Positions 19,932-31,995 are shown, numbered from the stretch's first letter. The stretch: DNA of 64,000 nt from an uncultured Holophagales bacterium (GCA_963842525.1 CAWJGT010000009.1:128001-192000); one strand, 5' to 3'. The notes: generated by a model from the letters alone, not told the origin. Program-made: numbers and translations.

Positions 19932-20405
19932 ATGCGAAACGCGATTTTGGCGATGATCCTGGCAACGACTCTCGTGACCGGAGAGCTCCATGCAGCGACT
20001 CCACCGGCGGATGTCGGACCGGGCCGCGTCGCCTGGTTCGACATCACCACGACCAGCCTGCCGCAGTCCAAGGATTTCTACGGAAAGCTCTTCGATTGGC
20101 AATTTACCCCGGTCCAGGGCACTGGCCAGGCGACGGAGATCGTCGCGGGTGGCACGCCGATCGGGACACTACGCGTTGCAGAGGGCCAAATCACCGCGTT
20201 CAACGGAGTGGTCTATGTCCAGGTGACCGACATCCAGGCCAGTTGCAAGAAAGCGAAGGAACTGGGGGGGACAATCCCACCTGGGTTCCCCTTCAACCTG
20301 CCGGACGGCATCGGAGCCATCGCCGTGGTCGTCGATCCAGCCGGCCACCCGATTGGCCTCTACTCAAGGACCCCGCTCGCGCCGGCGCCGGCCCCTGTCA
20401 AATGA
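19932..20405 (+). CDS. Secreted VOC/glyoxalase-family protein
   Basis: Signal peptide; VAWFDI, FYGKLFDW, DPAGHPIGL. Confidence 0.85.
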   Translation: MRNAILAMILATTLVTGELHAATPPADVGPGRVAWFDITTTSLPQSKDFYGKLFDWQFTPVQGTGQATEIVAGGTPIGTLRVAEGQITAFNGVVYVQVTDIQASCKKAKELGGTIPPGFPFNLPDGIGAIAVVVDPAGHPIGLYSRTPLAPAPAPVK

Positions 20406-20617
20406 GGATTCCAGCCAGCCGCTACGTAGGTCAACAGAGATAAGTGCCGCACCAGAGAGGTGCCAGCCACTTATTTTGGGATCATACCCGTTCGTGCGCC
20501 CTTGCGCGCCGAAAGATTCCGACGCAGTGTGCGTACTAATACTAATGTACAACACCGCCACGCGGGACGTTCGTGGAGCCGACCGCGCGCATTCGGGGGT
20601 GTGCTCGAGGTGGCCCG

Positions 20618-21559
20618 ATGAAGCTCTGGGAGATCTTCCGTTTCGAAATGACCCTCCAGGCGCGACGCATCTCGACCTGGTTCTATTTCGTGGTCCTGTT
20701 GGGGTTCACGTACATGATGGGGACGGAAGAATACGTCTCCAATGCGCGCAACGGCGGCTACTTCTTGAATGCGCCGTTCGTCATCGCGAGCGTCGCCACC
20801 ATCGGCAGCATGATAGGACTGTTGATAACCGCGTCGCTGGCCGGCGATGCGGGAGCGCGGGACGTACAGACGCGGATGCATCCGCTCCTCTACACCACTC
20901 CAGTCGGCAAGGCCAACTATCTGAGGGGCCGATTTCTCGCGGCGTTCATCCTCAACCTGCTGATCCTGGTTGCCGTGCCTGTCGGCCTCGTGCTCGCCGC
21001 GCTGGTCCCGCGCGCGGAAGCCGATCTCATCGGGCCGTTCCGGCGGGCTCTCGATTTCCCGTTCGCGGTGGTGGCGCACGAGGTTGCGCACCAGTGGTGG
21101 GGCCACCAGGTCACACCCGCACTTGTCGAGGGCGCCCCGGTGCTCACCGAGAGCCTGGCGTGGTACTCCGCGATGATGGTCATGGAGAAGACCTACGGCC
21201 ACGAGCACCTGCGCCGGCTCCTGAAGGGAGCGGGTGACGGCACAGCAGGCTGCAACAGGAAGCTGGCAGGTGACTCTCGACGTGCAGGCGCGCAAGGTGG
21301 TGGTCGACAGCGTGGGCGTCGAGACCGAGGTCCCCATGGACGACCTCGTCGAGGTTGGCGTCTTCGCCGCCGCGGAGGACGGAGGGTTCGGCGAGCCGCT
21401 GTACCTGCGCCTGCACCGCGTCCGCTCCGCGAGCAGCGCATCACCGTGACGGTGCCGAGGAAGCCTGCCCGGGCCGGGATCGACCCGCGCAGCCTATTGA
21501 TCGACGTGGAGGCCACGGACAACCTCAGGGAGATAACTGCCGGCGCAGGAAATGCCTGA
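20618..21559 (+). pseudogene. Internally deleted ABC-permease / M1 aminopeptidase fusion
   Basis: Permease N-terminus joined directly to AHEVAHQWWG...ESLA (HEXXH..E) and C-terminal AGIDP; frameshifts. Confidence 0.8.
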
Positions 21560-21617
21560 ATGTCAACAGTCAATGCAGGCCACTGGCACTTTACCGGGGA
21601 TCTTGTAGACTGCTTTG

Positions 21618-22784
21618 ACCGTGAAGATCGTCCACACAAGCGACTGGCATGTTGGCCGCCGATGGAAGGGGATCCAGCGCCTCGACGAGCTGGAGGCTGT
21701 GCTCGAACATCTCGCGGCCTTCATCGAAGAACACTCCATCGACCTCGTCGTCCACACCGGGGACGTCTTCGAGAGCCGAAACCCGCCTGCCGAGGCGGAG
21801 CAGCTCGTGAACCGGTTCCTGGTCCGCGTGGGGCGGACCGGAGCGCACATGCTCGCCATCGCCGGCAACCACGACGATCCGCTCCGGCTGGATGCTCGTT
21901 CGTTGCTCACAGAGTTTGTCAACGTACAGATCCTCGGCCGCCCACGCCCCGCTTCCCGGGGAGGGACCCGGACCATCGAGACCCGTTGTGGAGAGACGGC
22001 AGTTGTCGCGGCGCTTCCGTTCGCATCCCCTGGAGCCTGGGTGTCGGCGCTCGACCTCGCCGGCGAGGAGGCGAGCGCCCGGAGCAAATATGCCCGAATG
22101 TTCGAGCTTGCTGTCCAGGATCTCTGCGGCGCCTTTCGGCAGGACGCCGTCAACCTCCTCATGGCGCATACGCACATCGAGGGGGCCATCTTCGGCGAGT
22201 CGGAGCGTCGCGTTCACATCGGAGAGGACGGGGCCGCCTCGCCAAAGGCTCTGCCGTCCACGGCGAGCTACATCGCTCTCGGGCACATCCACAAGCCACA
22301 GAAGATCGATGGGCCGGTGCCCACCTACTATGCCGGATCGCTTCTCCAGATGGACTTCGGGGAGGCCGGGGAGGAAAAAACCTTTATCGTCGTCACGGCG
22401 TCGCCCGGCAAGACCGTCGATCCTGAAAACATCGAGCACGTTCCCTACGAAGGGGGATTGCCGCTCGTCGACCTTCGTGCCACGCTCGCGGAGCTCGAAG
22501 AGACCGCGGACAAGCATCGCACGGGTTGGTTGCGCGTGACGGTCCCTTTGACGGAGAGGGATCCCGATCTCAATCGAAAGGTCCGCGAGCTGCTCCCCAA
22601 TGCGCTCGTCGTGCGCGCCGAGCTCCCCGAGCCCGAGGAGCAGCCGGACATCCGGCTGGAGACCGGGGTCTCGCCGGTGGGACACTACGGCGCCTACCAT
22701 CGCCGCGCGCACGAGCAGGAAGCGGAGCTGGTCGTCCTGGAGACCTTTCAGGATCTCTATGACCAGGCATCCGTCGAGGACTGA
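21618..22784 (+). CDS. sbcD: Exonuclease SbcCD subunit D
   Basis: HTSDWHVG, GDVF, GNHD, ALGHIHKPQ, YAGS. Confidence 0.95.
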   Translation, partial: TVKIVHTSDWHVGRRWKGIQRLDELEAVLEHLAAFIEEHSIDLVVHTGDVFESRNPPAEAEQLVNRFLVRVGRTGAHMLAIAGNHDDPLRLDARSLLTEFVNVQILGRPRPASRGGTRTIETRCGETAVVAALPFASPGAWVSALDLAGEEASARSKYARMFELAVQDLCGAFRQDAVNLLMAHTHIEGAIFGESERRVHIGEDGAASPKALPSTASYIALGHIHKPQKIDGPVPTYYAGSLLQMDFGEAGEEKTFIVVTASPGKTVDPENIEHVPYEGGLPLVDLRATLAELEETADKHRTGWLRVTVPLTERDPDLNRKVRELLPNALVVRAELPEPEEQPDIRLETGVSPVGHYGAYHRRAHEQEAELVVLETFQDLYDQASVED

Positions 22785-22787
22785 GCG

Positions 22788-25700
22788 TTGCGTCCCGTCC
22801 ATCTCACCATCGAGGGCCTCGCGTGCTTCAGGGAGAAGCAGGAGATCGACTTCCGTACGCTCGAGCTCTTTGCCATCTCGGGGCCGACGGGAGCCGGCAA
22901 ATCGACTCTGTTGGACGCCGATCATCTTTGCGCTCTATGGAGAAATCCCCCGCGTCAACACCTACAATCGGACCGAGATGATCTCGGCGGCCCGGAACCG
23001 CGCCAGCGTGGTGCTGGATTTCGAAGTCGGGCCGAGCCGCTACCGCATTGCACGGACTCTCCGGCGCAATGGTGCTCAAGCGGTTCGATTGGAGGAGCAC
23101 GTCGGAAACGGCTCCTTCAAGAATCTGGCGGACCAGGTTCGCACCGCGAACGATCAGGTGGCTCAGATCCTGGGGCTTGGTGCACCCGCGTTCATGCAAG
23201 CCGTGGTTCTGCCGCAAGGCGAGTTCGCCAGGTTCCTCAAAGCGCAGCCGAGAGAACGGCGCAGCATGCTCCGCACGCTTCTTCGACTCGACGTCTACGA
23301 GCGGATGCGTGAACGGGCCCAGCGTTTGGCGGCTTTGAAGAAAAGCACTGTCGATTCGCTGCAGAAGCTCCTTGCGGACGAGTACGCCGGCGTCGATGAG
23401 GCCGCTGTCGCCGGGTTGGAGACGGAGCACGCCCGGGTCGTCGAGTCGCTCGAAGCCTGGCGAAAGAATCGGGACGACATCCAGGCCGGGCTCGCCCGGC
23501 TGCGCGGCCAGCACGCGAAAACCCTGGAGCTTCGGCAGGTCGAAGAAAAGCGAGCGGCTTTGCAGAAGCAGGCCGAGCAAGTGAGCCGTGAGAAAGCGAG
23601 GATCGAAGCGGCGGCTCGTGCGGTGCCCCTGTTGCCTTTGCTCCATGAAGCGGCCCGAGCCTCCGTCTCCGCGCAGACGGCGACAAAGGCGGCGGACGAA
23701 GCCAAGGCCCGCCATGACTCCGCAAAGGAGGATTGGACGAAGAAGGCCGCCGCGTTGAAGTCCGCGGAGAAAGCCGCCAAGGCGATCAAGGCGATTCGTG
23801 AGCAGGTGGCTCGCCTCCACCAGGTGCTCGGACGCCTTCCTGAACGAGAGCAGCTCAACGCGGCCATCGAGCGGCAGATGCAGGGCTTGAGGGCTCTGGA
23901 AGGTGAGCTGTCCTCGCTCGCTGCGACGGTCGAATCGGCGAAGGCCGAGCAAGCGCAACAACAGACAGTTGTCGATGCCGCCCGGCAAGCCGCGGAGGCC
24001 TCCGGCTATGACCCGGAGCTGGACGAGCTGCTGCAGAGCGTCCGCGACCGCGCCGTCGAGCTTGGCGCTGCTCGCAGGAGCGCGGCGGAGCGCAGGCTCG
24101 AGCTCGCTCGGAAGCGCAAAGAGGTGGAAGAGCAGGCCGGGGAGATCGAGCTGCTGAAGGAGAAGGCCGAGTCTGCCAGGAGGTCCGCGGAGGAAGCGCA
24201 GCGCGGTTTCGAAGCGGCAGAGGAGGCGCTGCATCGCGCGAACCGTCTGAACGAGGCCAATCACCTCCGCGAGGGATTGGTTCCCGGCCAACCATGCCCG
24301 GTGTGCGAGCAGCTCGTGGACGCACCACCTCCCGCCGATCTGGATCCCGAGCTCGAGGCGGCCAAAGCCGCGCTCAAAGGCGCCCGGGAGAAGCGAAAAG
24401 AAGCCGACGTGCTCGCCCGTCTGAACGAGGCTGCGCTCACGGGCGAACAGGCGAAGCTCCATGCCGCGCGGCAAAGCCTCACCGAGTTGGAGTCGCGTTG
24501 CGCCGAGCTGCAAGCCACCGTGGCCGCTGGCGAGGAGGAGATCTGTCGAACGCTCGGCGACCGCGCTCCAGAAGGTACTTCCGTGGTCGAGGCATGGATC
24601 GAAATACAGATCACATCGCTCGCCAGGAGCCGCAAAGCGCACGAAGCGGCGAAGGCACTCTTCGCGAAGGCTGAACAGACCCTCGAAAGAGCCAAAGCCC
24701 AAGAGGCCGCCGCGCGGGAACGGCTCGGTGAGAGGGAGGTGTCGCGAAAGCGGCTGGAGGGGGAGCGCAGCGCGAGCCTGCAACGGCTCACGACATTGCA
24801 GGCCGAGATCCATGCAGTCACGGAGTCGGAGGACCCGGCTGCCGAGGCCGCATCCTTGGAGGAGCAGATCCGGCAGCTTGAAGCCAACCACAAGGCGGCC
24901 GCCGAGGAAGAGGCAACCTCCAAAAACCAACTGATGGCCGCCAAGGAGGTGAAACGGCTCACAGCCGAAGCTGCCGAAGCAGCTCGTCAGGAAGCCAGCC
25001 AGAGAGCCGAGAGCCGGGATGCGGAGATTGCTCGCGCCGGCTTTGAAGACGAGGCCGCCGTCCGTGAGGCCCGTCTCGACGATGCCACCGCCGCCCGGCT
25101 CAAGGATCAGGTCCAGAAGTACGTGCAGGACAGCCACGCCGCCGAAGAGCGTGCCGCCATGCTCAGCGTCGAGCTGGGGGATGAGCGGGTGTCCGATGAA
25201 CAGTTGGCGGCCGTCGAGGAGCTCGCAGCGCACGTCACCACCGAAGTGGAGACAGCGCTCGGCAAGGAAAAGAAGCTCGAAGAGCAGATCGGCCGCATGA
25301 AGCAGCGGCTCGCACGCTTGAAAGAGCTCCGCGAAAAGCTGGATGTCGAGGAGGCGTCTCTGCGCGTGTACGACCTCCTGGCAGGCGACCTGCGAAGCGA
25401 CAAGTTCCAGGCGTACGTCCTTCAGGAGGTGTTCACCGAGCTCGTGCAGGGCGCCTCGGCCCGGCTGCTGATGTTGACCGCGGAGCGTTACTCCCTGCAG
25501 TTCAACGACGACGAAATCAGGGTCGTCGATCACGACAACGCTGACGAGACGCGGATCAGCGACACGCTCAGCGGAGGAGAAACCTTCCTGACCTCGCTGG
25601 CGCTCGCCTTGGAGCTCAGCGACCAGGTTCAGCGTGCCGTCGGCGCGGTGAATCTCGACAGCCTGTTCATCGACGAGGGTTTCGGCACCCTCGACCCCGA

Positions 25701-25872
25701 CACCCTCGCGCTTGTCTCCGAGACCCTCCAGACGCTGCGGGTTGGTGGCCGGATGGTCGGCATCATCACCCATATCCCGGAGCTGCGAGACGAATTCGCC
25801 CAGCAGGTGATCGTGACCAAGCACCAGGGCTTCTCAACCGTCGAGGTCCGCGGGGTGGCGGAGACGGCGTGA
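22788..25872 (+). CDS. sbcC: Exonuclease SbcCD subunit C (frameshift near 22918)
   Basis: Walker A GPTGAGKS in one frame; coiled coil, CPVC hook, LSGGE and FIDEGFG in another. Confidence 0.93.
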
Positions 25873-25887
25873 TTCACTCCCGGGGAT

Positions 25888-26466
25888 GTGAGTGACATCG
25901 TTTCACCCGCCGTGAACCGGCTGGAATTGGGCGAGCATACAGGTACGCACGTCGATGCCATCAACCATATGGCACGTCAGTACCGGGGACAGTCGATCGA
26001 TACGATGCCCCTCATGATGTTCTATACAGAGGGCATCTGTTTGGATCTGTCTCATAAACGCCCACTGGATTTGATTGAGCCCGCCGACTTGGAGCGCGCC
26101 CTCTCCGAGGCGGGCCTTGAAATCAAGCAGGGTGATACGGTCCTGCTGTATGCGGATCATTATCGACGCGCATTTGGGACAGACGCTTGGAACAAGGGGC
26201 CAGGGGTCAGCATCGACGCAGCGCGCTGGCTGGGTCGGCAGAAGATCGCGGCTTTTGGCGTGGAAACGATGTCACCGGGAGTGGCCGGCGTTTCCAACAA
26301 GGAAGTTCATCGTATTTGTGGCGAGTTGGGCTTTACGCATTACGAGAACATGATCAATGTGTATCAGCTCATCGGCCGGGGGCGTTTTCGCTTCATCGGT
26401 CTGCCGCTCAAGATACGTGGTGGAACCGGCTCACCCGTGCGAGCGGTTGCTGTCTTCGAGGGCTGA
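25888..26466 (+). CDS. Cyclase-family protein, probably 5'-truncated, lower GC
   Basis: GEHTGTHVDA, GGTGSPVRAVA. Confidence 0.75.
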   Translation: MSDIVSPAVNRLELGEHTGTHVDAINHMARQYRGQSIDTMPLMMFYTEGICLDLSHKRPLDLIEPADLERALSEAGLEIKQGDTVLLYADHYRRAFGTDAWNKGPGVSIDAARWLGRQKIAAFGVETMSPGVAGVSNKEVHRICGELGFTHYENMINVYQLIGRGRFRFIGLPLKIRGGTGSPVRAVAVFEG

Positions 26467-26544
26467 GAGGGAGTTGGACAAGGCCGGGGACCTCTGGGCC
26501 GCCCCCGGCGTAGTAGGTTGCGGAGGGATGACGGCGGAATCGAC

Positions 26545-27369
26545 TCAGCGCTTCCGGATCATCCAATCCATCAATGCCGAGGCAAATTCTTCCGGCTCCT
26601 CGAAGAATGGCTGGTGCCCGCTCCGCTCGAAGAGCCGGAAGGTGGCGTCGGGAAGCCTGTCCGCGATGCCCTCCCAGAGGACGTAGGGGACCACGTAGTC
26701 ATGGCGTCCATGGGCGAGAAAGATCGGCACGCTCGACGAGATCGATCCGGCGGTGACGTCCCATCGCGCCGTGAGCGCGCCCATGAGGTGCGCGATCAGC
26801 TCCAGTTCGGTGCTCGCCTCCGCGAACAGGGGAGCGGCGTCGATGCGCGCATCGAAGAAACGCAGCGGCGTCTGCGCAAACATGACCTGGCCCATGGGGG
26901 CGTCCGCCGGCAGCCTGGCCAGGTTGTCGCGAAGGACCTGCTTGCGCTCCTCCAACGCGTCCTCCTCGAAAAACGACGTGGCTCGCGCCGAAACCCGGCC
27001 CATGTCGGCGAACGGCGGTGTTCCCACCGTGATCACGTGCGAGACGCTGGCAGGACAGCGCCTGCCGTACTCGATCGCGAGGATGCCGAGGATCGAGTGC
27101 CCCAGGACGGCGATCCGCTCGACCCCAAGATCGACGCGGACAGCCTCCAGGTCGCTTGCGAGCACGTCGAAGGTGAGGTCGGTGGGCTCCCCCGTCGATC
27201 GTCCGCTTCCCCGCAGGTCGACGAAGACGAGCTGGAGGCGGTCGCTCAGTTGGGACGGCATCTGGACCTCGTACGGCTTCGTGCCGATGCAGCTCAAGAC
27301 GAGGCAAGCAGGCCCGTTGCCCCGCGTCGTGTAGAACAGCTCGGCACCAGGGACGGAAACAGTCGTCAT
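26545..27369 (-). CDS. Alpha/beta hydrolase
   Basis: DLRGSGRS, GHSILG, GRHD, SGHQPFFEEP; AGGAGG RBS. Confidence 0.9.
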   Translation of the reverse strand: MTTVSVPGAELFYTTRGNGPACLVLSCIGTKPYEVQMPSQLSDRLQLVFVDLRGSGRSTGEPTDLTFDVLASDLEAVRVDLGVERIAVLGHSILGILAIEYGRRCPASVSHVITVGTPPFADMGRVSARATSFFEEDALEERKQVLRDNLARLPADAPMGQVMFAQTPLRFFDARIDAAPLFAEASTELELIAHLMGALTARWDVTAGSISSSVPIFLAHGRHDYVVPYVLWEGIADRLPDATFRLFERSGHQPFFEEPEEFASALMDWMIRKR

Positions 27370-27400
27370 CGTTCCTCCTTTCAGCCTCCTGGCAGGCATT

Positions 27401-27430
27401 GAAAAGCGAAAAGGGACGCCGAAGCGTCCC
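27401..27430 (-). terminator. Intrinsic-terminator-like hairpin just upstream of the hydrolase
   Basis: Minus strand GGGACGC-TTCG-GCGTCCC followed by TTTTCGCTTTT. Confidence 0.55.
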
Positions 27431-28400
27431 CACAGAAATTGCTGTCTAGAGTCGGCTGCGCTGGCTAGAAACCGGCGAGCCCTGGGCGCCCATCTGCCTC
27501 AAGCGCTGACCAGACCGCTCCGCGCGCAGTCGCTGAAACGGCTGCCGTGCACTTGCTGCGCACCTTGCGGATCGGAGAGATCGACATTGGCAAGATAGCA
27601 CATCCAGCCTCTCGGGGGAAGGGCGCCACTTATCTTATCGCAGCGGCACCACCGGAATCATCCACGGGAAGACATAGGCCTGAAGGAAGACGAGGACGCA
27701 GCGCGGGTGCATGTGCCGGCCTGGGGGCAGCCCACGACGTGGTCTCCCATGGCTACGGCAACGAGTCCGGAGAGGCGCTCGACACCTTGCGCCGGCTCGA
27801 CCGCGAGCTCGGCCGCCACCCGAGCGATCTCGAGGCGTTCTACCCCGGCTTCCAGGAGCGGTTGAACCGGGCCCTGTCCAAGGAGCTTTGCCTGGCGCGG
27901 GCCTCGACCGGGTCTTCCCGGCGGTGGTCCGGCGCCCTCTACGGCGAGGAGATCAAGGACGTCCGCCGGGAAGCGGGAGGAGGCCTCCGCACCCTACGAT
28001 CTCGCGCCCATCCTGGCCGAGGTGCTGACTTCGCGGCTCAACCTTGGACTGCTGGGAAGCGCCGAAAAGCGTCTGGCCGAGTTGCACTTCACGTGCGGCA
28101 CGCGAATCCTCAGCGACGAACGGCGGCAAAAGATGCAGGACGCCCTCAACCGTTCCCGCCTCTGCTCTCCCATCACTGGACTGGAGTTCAGCACCTTTCC
28201 CTGGAGTCCGTGCTCGAGGGAAAGATACGCAATCCAGGCCATTGGTACGCCGCTGTGACGGCGCCTACCTCACCAACTCGATCCTCCCTGGTCTGGTTCT
28301 GCACGCCAGCGGGAATGCCGCCTCGTTTGGTCTGGTGTGGTGGTTCCAGGCAACCCTTGGGCCGCGCCAGTGGCATCAGGTTTCTCTGACGGAAGCCCTC

Positions 28401-28838
28401 TCAGACCGGCTCTTCCTCGGCAACTGCCTGGAAGTCGTTCTCCTCATGAGTATTTTCGGCTTGGGCCTTCCGCAGGCTGGCGAAGCGTTTGCGCGCCTCA
28501 TGGCGTGTACTGCGGTCGAAGCGAGAGGTCTGCGCCAAGGGGAGAAGTGAATTCGATTCGTCGCCGTCTGCGGTGCTATCGTTGGAAGTAGTCTCTCGCT
28601 CATCCAGAATCTTCCAGACCTCCTCGTCAGACGCCGAGCCCAGTCTTTCGCGTAACCGGACGAACGCGGCTTGCTGTTCCTCGCCAGTCTTGTCCGCGGG
28701 GACGACCGCATAGGCCGGTCTCGACCGCTCTGCGAGGAGAAAGACGACGAATTGGTTCAGCGGCACGCCTTCCCGGCGCGCCTGGAGGTTCAGACGGTGG
28801 TGCAACGTGTCCGGAAGACGTAGGGAAAGACGGGCCAT
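28401..28838 (-). CDS. HicB-like RHH antitoxin
   Basis: LSLRLPDTLH..L...ARREGVPLNQF; downstream of a PIN gene. Confidence 0.75.
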   Translation of the reverse strand: MARLSLRLPDTLHHRLNLQARREGVPLNQFVVFLLAERSRPAYAVVPADKTGEEQQAAFVRLRERLGSASDEEVWKILDERETTSNDSTADGDESNSLLPLAQTSRFDRSTRHEARKRFASLRKAQAENTHEENDFQAVAEEEPV

Positions 28839-28859
28839 CTCTCTATCTCCTGTACTTGC

Positions 28860-29275
28860 TCACGATCCTCGAGTTTCGGCGTGCAATAGCGTTAGGAAGT
28901 CGACAGGGGACAGGACCGGCAGATGAAGCTCGACACGTGCCAACTCGAAGTCTCGCAGGTTGGCGGTCACAACGATCGCACGCGCATTCATGGCGCAGTC
29001 AATGACGTGCTCATCGCCCGGATCCGGTGAGCTGGGTCTCCAGGAATAGTAGGCGGTCACCAGCTCTGCCCGATAGAGGAGCGCATCGAGAACGAATCGG
29101 GTCCGCGCCCAACGCTCAGGGGCGAGCTTTCTCGCCAACACGTCCTCATACTCGTACGCCAACGCCTGGGAGACGCAGGCTTGGAAAAGCTCTGCCACCC
29201 AAGCGCTGACGATGACGCCCGCCGGCCCGTCACGATGGGTCAAGCCTTCGAAGACCACGTTGGTGTCGACCAGGG
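28860..29275 (-). CDS. PIN-domain toxin (start lost or uncertain)
   Basis: VDTNV, EYEDVL, PDPGDEHVIDCA, VTANLRDF. Confidence 0.8.
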
Positions 29276-29440
29276 ACGCCTCGGCAAGCCCCTCAACCCC
29301 CTCGGCTCGGCGAGGGGCCCCCTCCTCCTCTTCCGCCTCCCTGTCGGACTTCGGGAAGCTGATCGCCTCGGGCGAACAACCATGGAACGCTCCGAGCCCA
29401 CCTGCGGGCCCGTGCCGCACGGAGGGTCGGCGGCTCCCGC

Positions 29441-31819
29441 TCAGCCCGCTCCGGGCCGCCCGAGCCGGGCGAGATCGGACTGCCAGGACCGGCGCTCGCG
29501 GGCCTCCCGCTCGAACAGCTCTTCCGTCTTGCTCAGGATCAGGGTGTATGGCCGCCCCGAGCGCCGTGTTTCGTGGCGCACGGGGAGCTCGGAGGCATCG
29601 ATCCGTTGATGAATGTGTCCCCGGCCCTGTTGGGCGAGCGGCCATTCGAGCTGCTGGCGGACAGGATCGGCGAGGAAGGCGCCCAGCCTGCTGCAGAGCT
29701 CGCAACGGCAGCCGTCCGGAAGGGCGATCGACCAGTCTCCCGCGCTCCGCGCCGGCCGGGCCAGCCGGGCCTCCAGCCGCCCGATGCAATGTCGCGTCAG
29801 GGCCGCAAGCGCAGGCGCGGCCGATCTCCCGGGCTGCGCTTTCTCCTTCGCGGCCGTCCGCACCACCTGCACGAGGCAGGGGAGCAGCGGCTCGTTCTCG
29901 GCGGTGCACAGGGCTGCGACGACCTCGTCCCGGAAGTCGTCCGCCGCCACCACTCCGGCGCTCCCGAGAAGGCCGTGGAGCGGCGCGGAGAGCGCCGCCA
30001 CCGCCTTGTCCCGCAGGCTCGGCTGCGCATGGCGCCGCGCCGCGCCGATCACCACCTGCAGCTCTGCCCACCGGTCTCGCAGCAGCAGCCGCGCGACGGC
30101 CGATCCCACGGCTTCGTCGGCGGCGCGCAGGGCTTTGCAGAGGCGCGGCAGCGCGGTGAGCCAAGAGAGCCGCTCCCGTTCGTCGAGCCGCGGGCCGCGA
30201 TGGCGGTCGCCCGACCAGGCGGAGAGCATCTGCCCCCACCAGCTCTCGCCGTAGCGCCTGGTCAGGGCGACCAGCGGCGGCGCCTCCTCAGGGGTGAGCG
30301 CCTCGACCCGGAAGGGCTGGAGCATTGACGCCGCCAGCTCCGGCGTAGCGAGGCCGTCCGCCACCCGGAGGGCGCTGCCGAGGAGGCCGCGGCCGTCCTC
30401 GCGGTATGCGACGCCCTTCCAGAACGGCAGCAGCGACGCCGCGAGCTCCCTGGCCTCGGGCGCCCCACCGGCCAGGATCCGCTGCTCGAGCGCCCGGAGC
30501 GCCCAGGCGGGCGAGGCTTCGGCCCGCACGGCGAACGCGCGCTCGCGCGGCCACAGCACGAGGGCCGCCCGCCGGTACCAGCGGTCCATGGTGTTGCCGT
30601 AGTTGCCCATGTACCCCTCGTACTCGGAGGCATAGGGCGCGAGGTCCGACGACGGGGTCGAACAGCACACCTCGTCGTCGGACACCTGCGAGACGATCGG
30701 CAGGGCCTCCTCCCCTGCCGGGTCGACCCAGCGGGCCAGCGTGATCTCGCCGTCGATGAAGTCGCCGAGCTCGTAGGCGTCTGGATCGTCCGTCGCGGCG
30801 TCGTTCTCCGACCACTCATCGTCCTCGTCGCGCTCCCAGTGGCGGTTCCGGCCGCGCCAGGGCTCGTCCCAGCCCGGCTCCATGCAGTCCCATGTCTCAT
30901 GGATCTCGGCGAGCGCGAGCACCAGCTCGCAGCCGCAGCGCTCCGCCGCCGCCCGGAGCGCCGCCGCCCGGGCGCCGTCGTTCCCCTTGAGGCGCTGCCA
31001 GGCAAGGCCGTGCGCGGTGTACTCGTGATCGAGGAGGTAGACCAGACGGTTCGGCGGCTGCGCCTGGCCCTCGTCCCGATACCTCCGGGAGGGGCGTGGT
31101 GTCGCGAAATGATCGCGCAGGCACCGGACGAGGGCGTCGACCGTCGCGGGCTCGGCGGCAGCCGCTGCGATCGCGGTCTTGCCCCCCTCGAGGATCAGGT
31201 TGTAGGTCAAGGCGAGCCGGTAGCCCTCCTTGACCGGTCGGACCTCGTGCCGGCAGTCGGCATAGAAGGCGACGAAGGAGAGCTGCCGGCGGGAGCCACG
31301 GTCGACGACCTTCTCGCCCTGGTGCTCGACGACCAGCTCGCCGCCCTTGAACGAGGCCGGCAACGTCACGACCAGGGTGCCGACCATGGCGTCGGCCTTC
31401 TCCGAATCCTGGTGCGGCAGGAAGAACTGGCCCGGGCCATAGACCAGGAAGGAGTGGAGCTCGGCCTCGAGCCGGCAGCCGTCGGCCAGCCCGAGATCGG
31501 CGCGCAACTCTTCGAGCACCGGCAGGAGCGTCCGGTTCCACCGCCGGCGGTCGATCTTCACCCGGCTCCTGGGAATCTCCCAGGTGTCCCGGACTCGCCG
31601 GTCGAGAAGCGTCTTCTCCCCCCGTCCATAGCGAGCGGGCCGGGCGAGCCGGCAGAGCCTCTCCGCCTGAGCCCGCGAGACGGGAAGGAGGAGCCTTCCG
31701 AGCCCCTGCACCTCCAACTGCAGGTCCTCGGCCGTCGCCGTCCGCCGGGCGGTGAAGCACCCGGGCGAGCCGACCGCGCCGAGGATCTCGCCAATCCGCT
31801 CGAGGTTGTCGACCGTCAC
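29441..31819 (-). CDS. 2OG-Fe(II) oxygenase-domain protein
   Basis: FLPHQDSEK (HxD), GGELVV, ADCRHEVRPVKEGYRLALTYNL. Confidence 0.88.
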   Translation of the reverse strand: MTVDNLERIGEILGAVGSPGCFTARRTATAEDLQLEVQGLGRLLLPVSRAQAERLCRLARPARYGRGEKTLLDRRVRDTWEIPRSRVKIDRRRWNRTLLPVLEELRADLGLADGCRLEAELHSFLVYGPGQFFLPHQDSEKADAMVGTLVVTLPASFKGGELVVEHQGEKVVDRGSRRQLSFVAFYADCRHEVRPVKEGYRLALTYNLILEGGKTAIAAAAAEPATVDALVRCLRDHFATPRPSRRYRDEGQAQPPNRLVYLLDHEYTAHGLAWQRLKGNDGARAAALRAAAERCGCELVLALAEIHETWDCMEPGWDEPWRGRNRHWERDEDDEWSENDAATDDPDAYELGDFIDGEITLARWVDPAGEEALPIVSQVSDDEVCCSTPSSDLAPYASEYEGYMGNYGNTMDRWYRRAALVLWPRERAFAVRAEASPAWALRALEQRILAGGAPEARELAASLLPFWKGVAYREDGRGLLGSALRVADGLATPELAASMLQPFRVEALTPEEAPPLVALTRRYGESWWGQMLSAWSGDRHRGPRLDERERLSWLTALPRLCKALRAADEAVGSAVARLLLRDRWAELQVVIGAARRHAQPSLRDKAVAALSAPLHGLLGSAGVVAADDFRDEVVAALCTAENEPLLPCLVQVVRTAAKEKAQPGRSAAPALAALTRHCIGRLEARLARPARSAGDWSIALPDGCRCELCSRLGAFLADPVRQQLEWPLAQQGRGHIHQRIDASELPVRHETRRSGRPYTLILSKTEELFEREARERRSWQSDLARLGRPGAG

Positions 31820-31995
31820 AGCACCTCTCCAGGAAACTCGCCGCCCATTGTCGACTCCATGTTAGATGTCCTGGGGCTCGCTGGAAACGTCTCTCGGTCT
31901 TCCCAGCAGGAGACAAATGCCCGGCATCCGAATCATACACCAACCGCCGCCTGCTGGAGGAGAGGGAAAGCGGAGCCCGCCGAAGACGCTTCCGA

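Noticed and set aside
20527-20556. GntR/YtrA-like operator GTACTAATACTAATGTAC
   Set aside because: Imperfect palindrome, no regulator nearby, and the downstream gene is a remnant
27547-28400. ORFs between the hydrolase and the HicB-like gene
   Set aside because: Patchwork of fragments with no recognisable motifs or consistent frame
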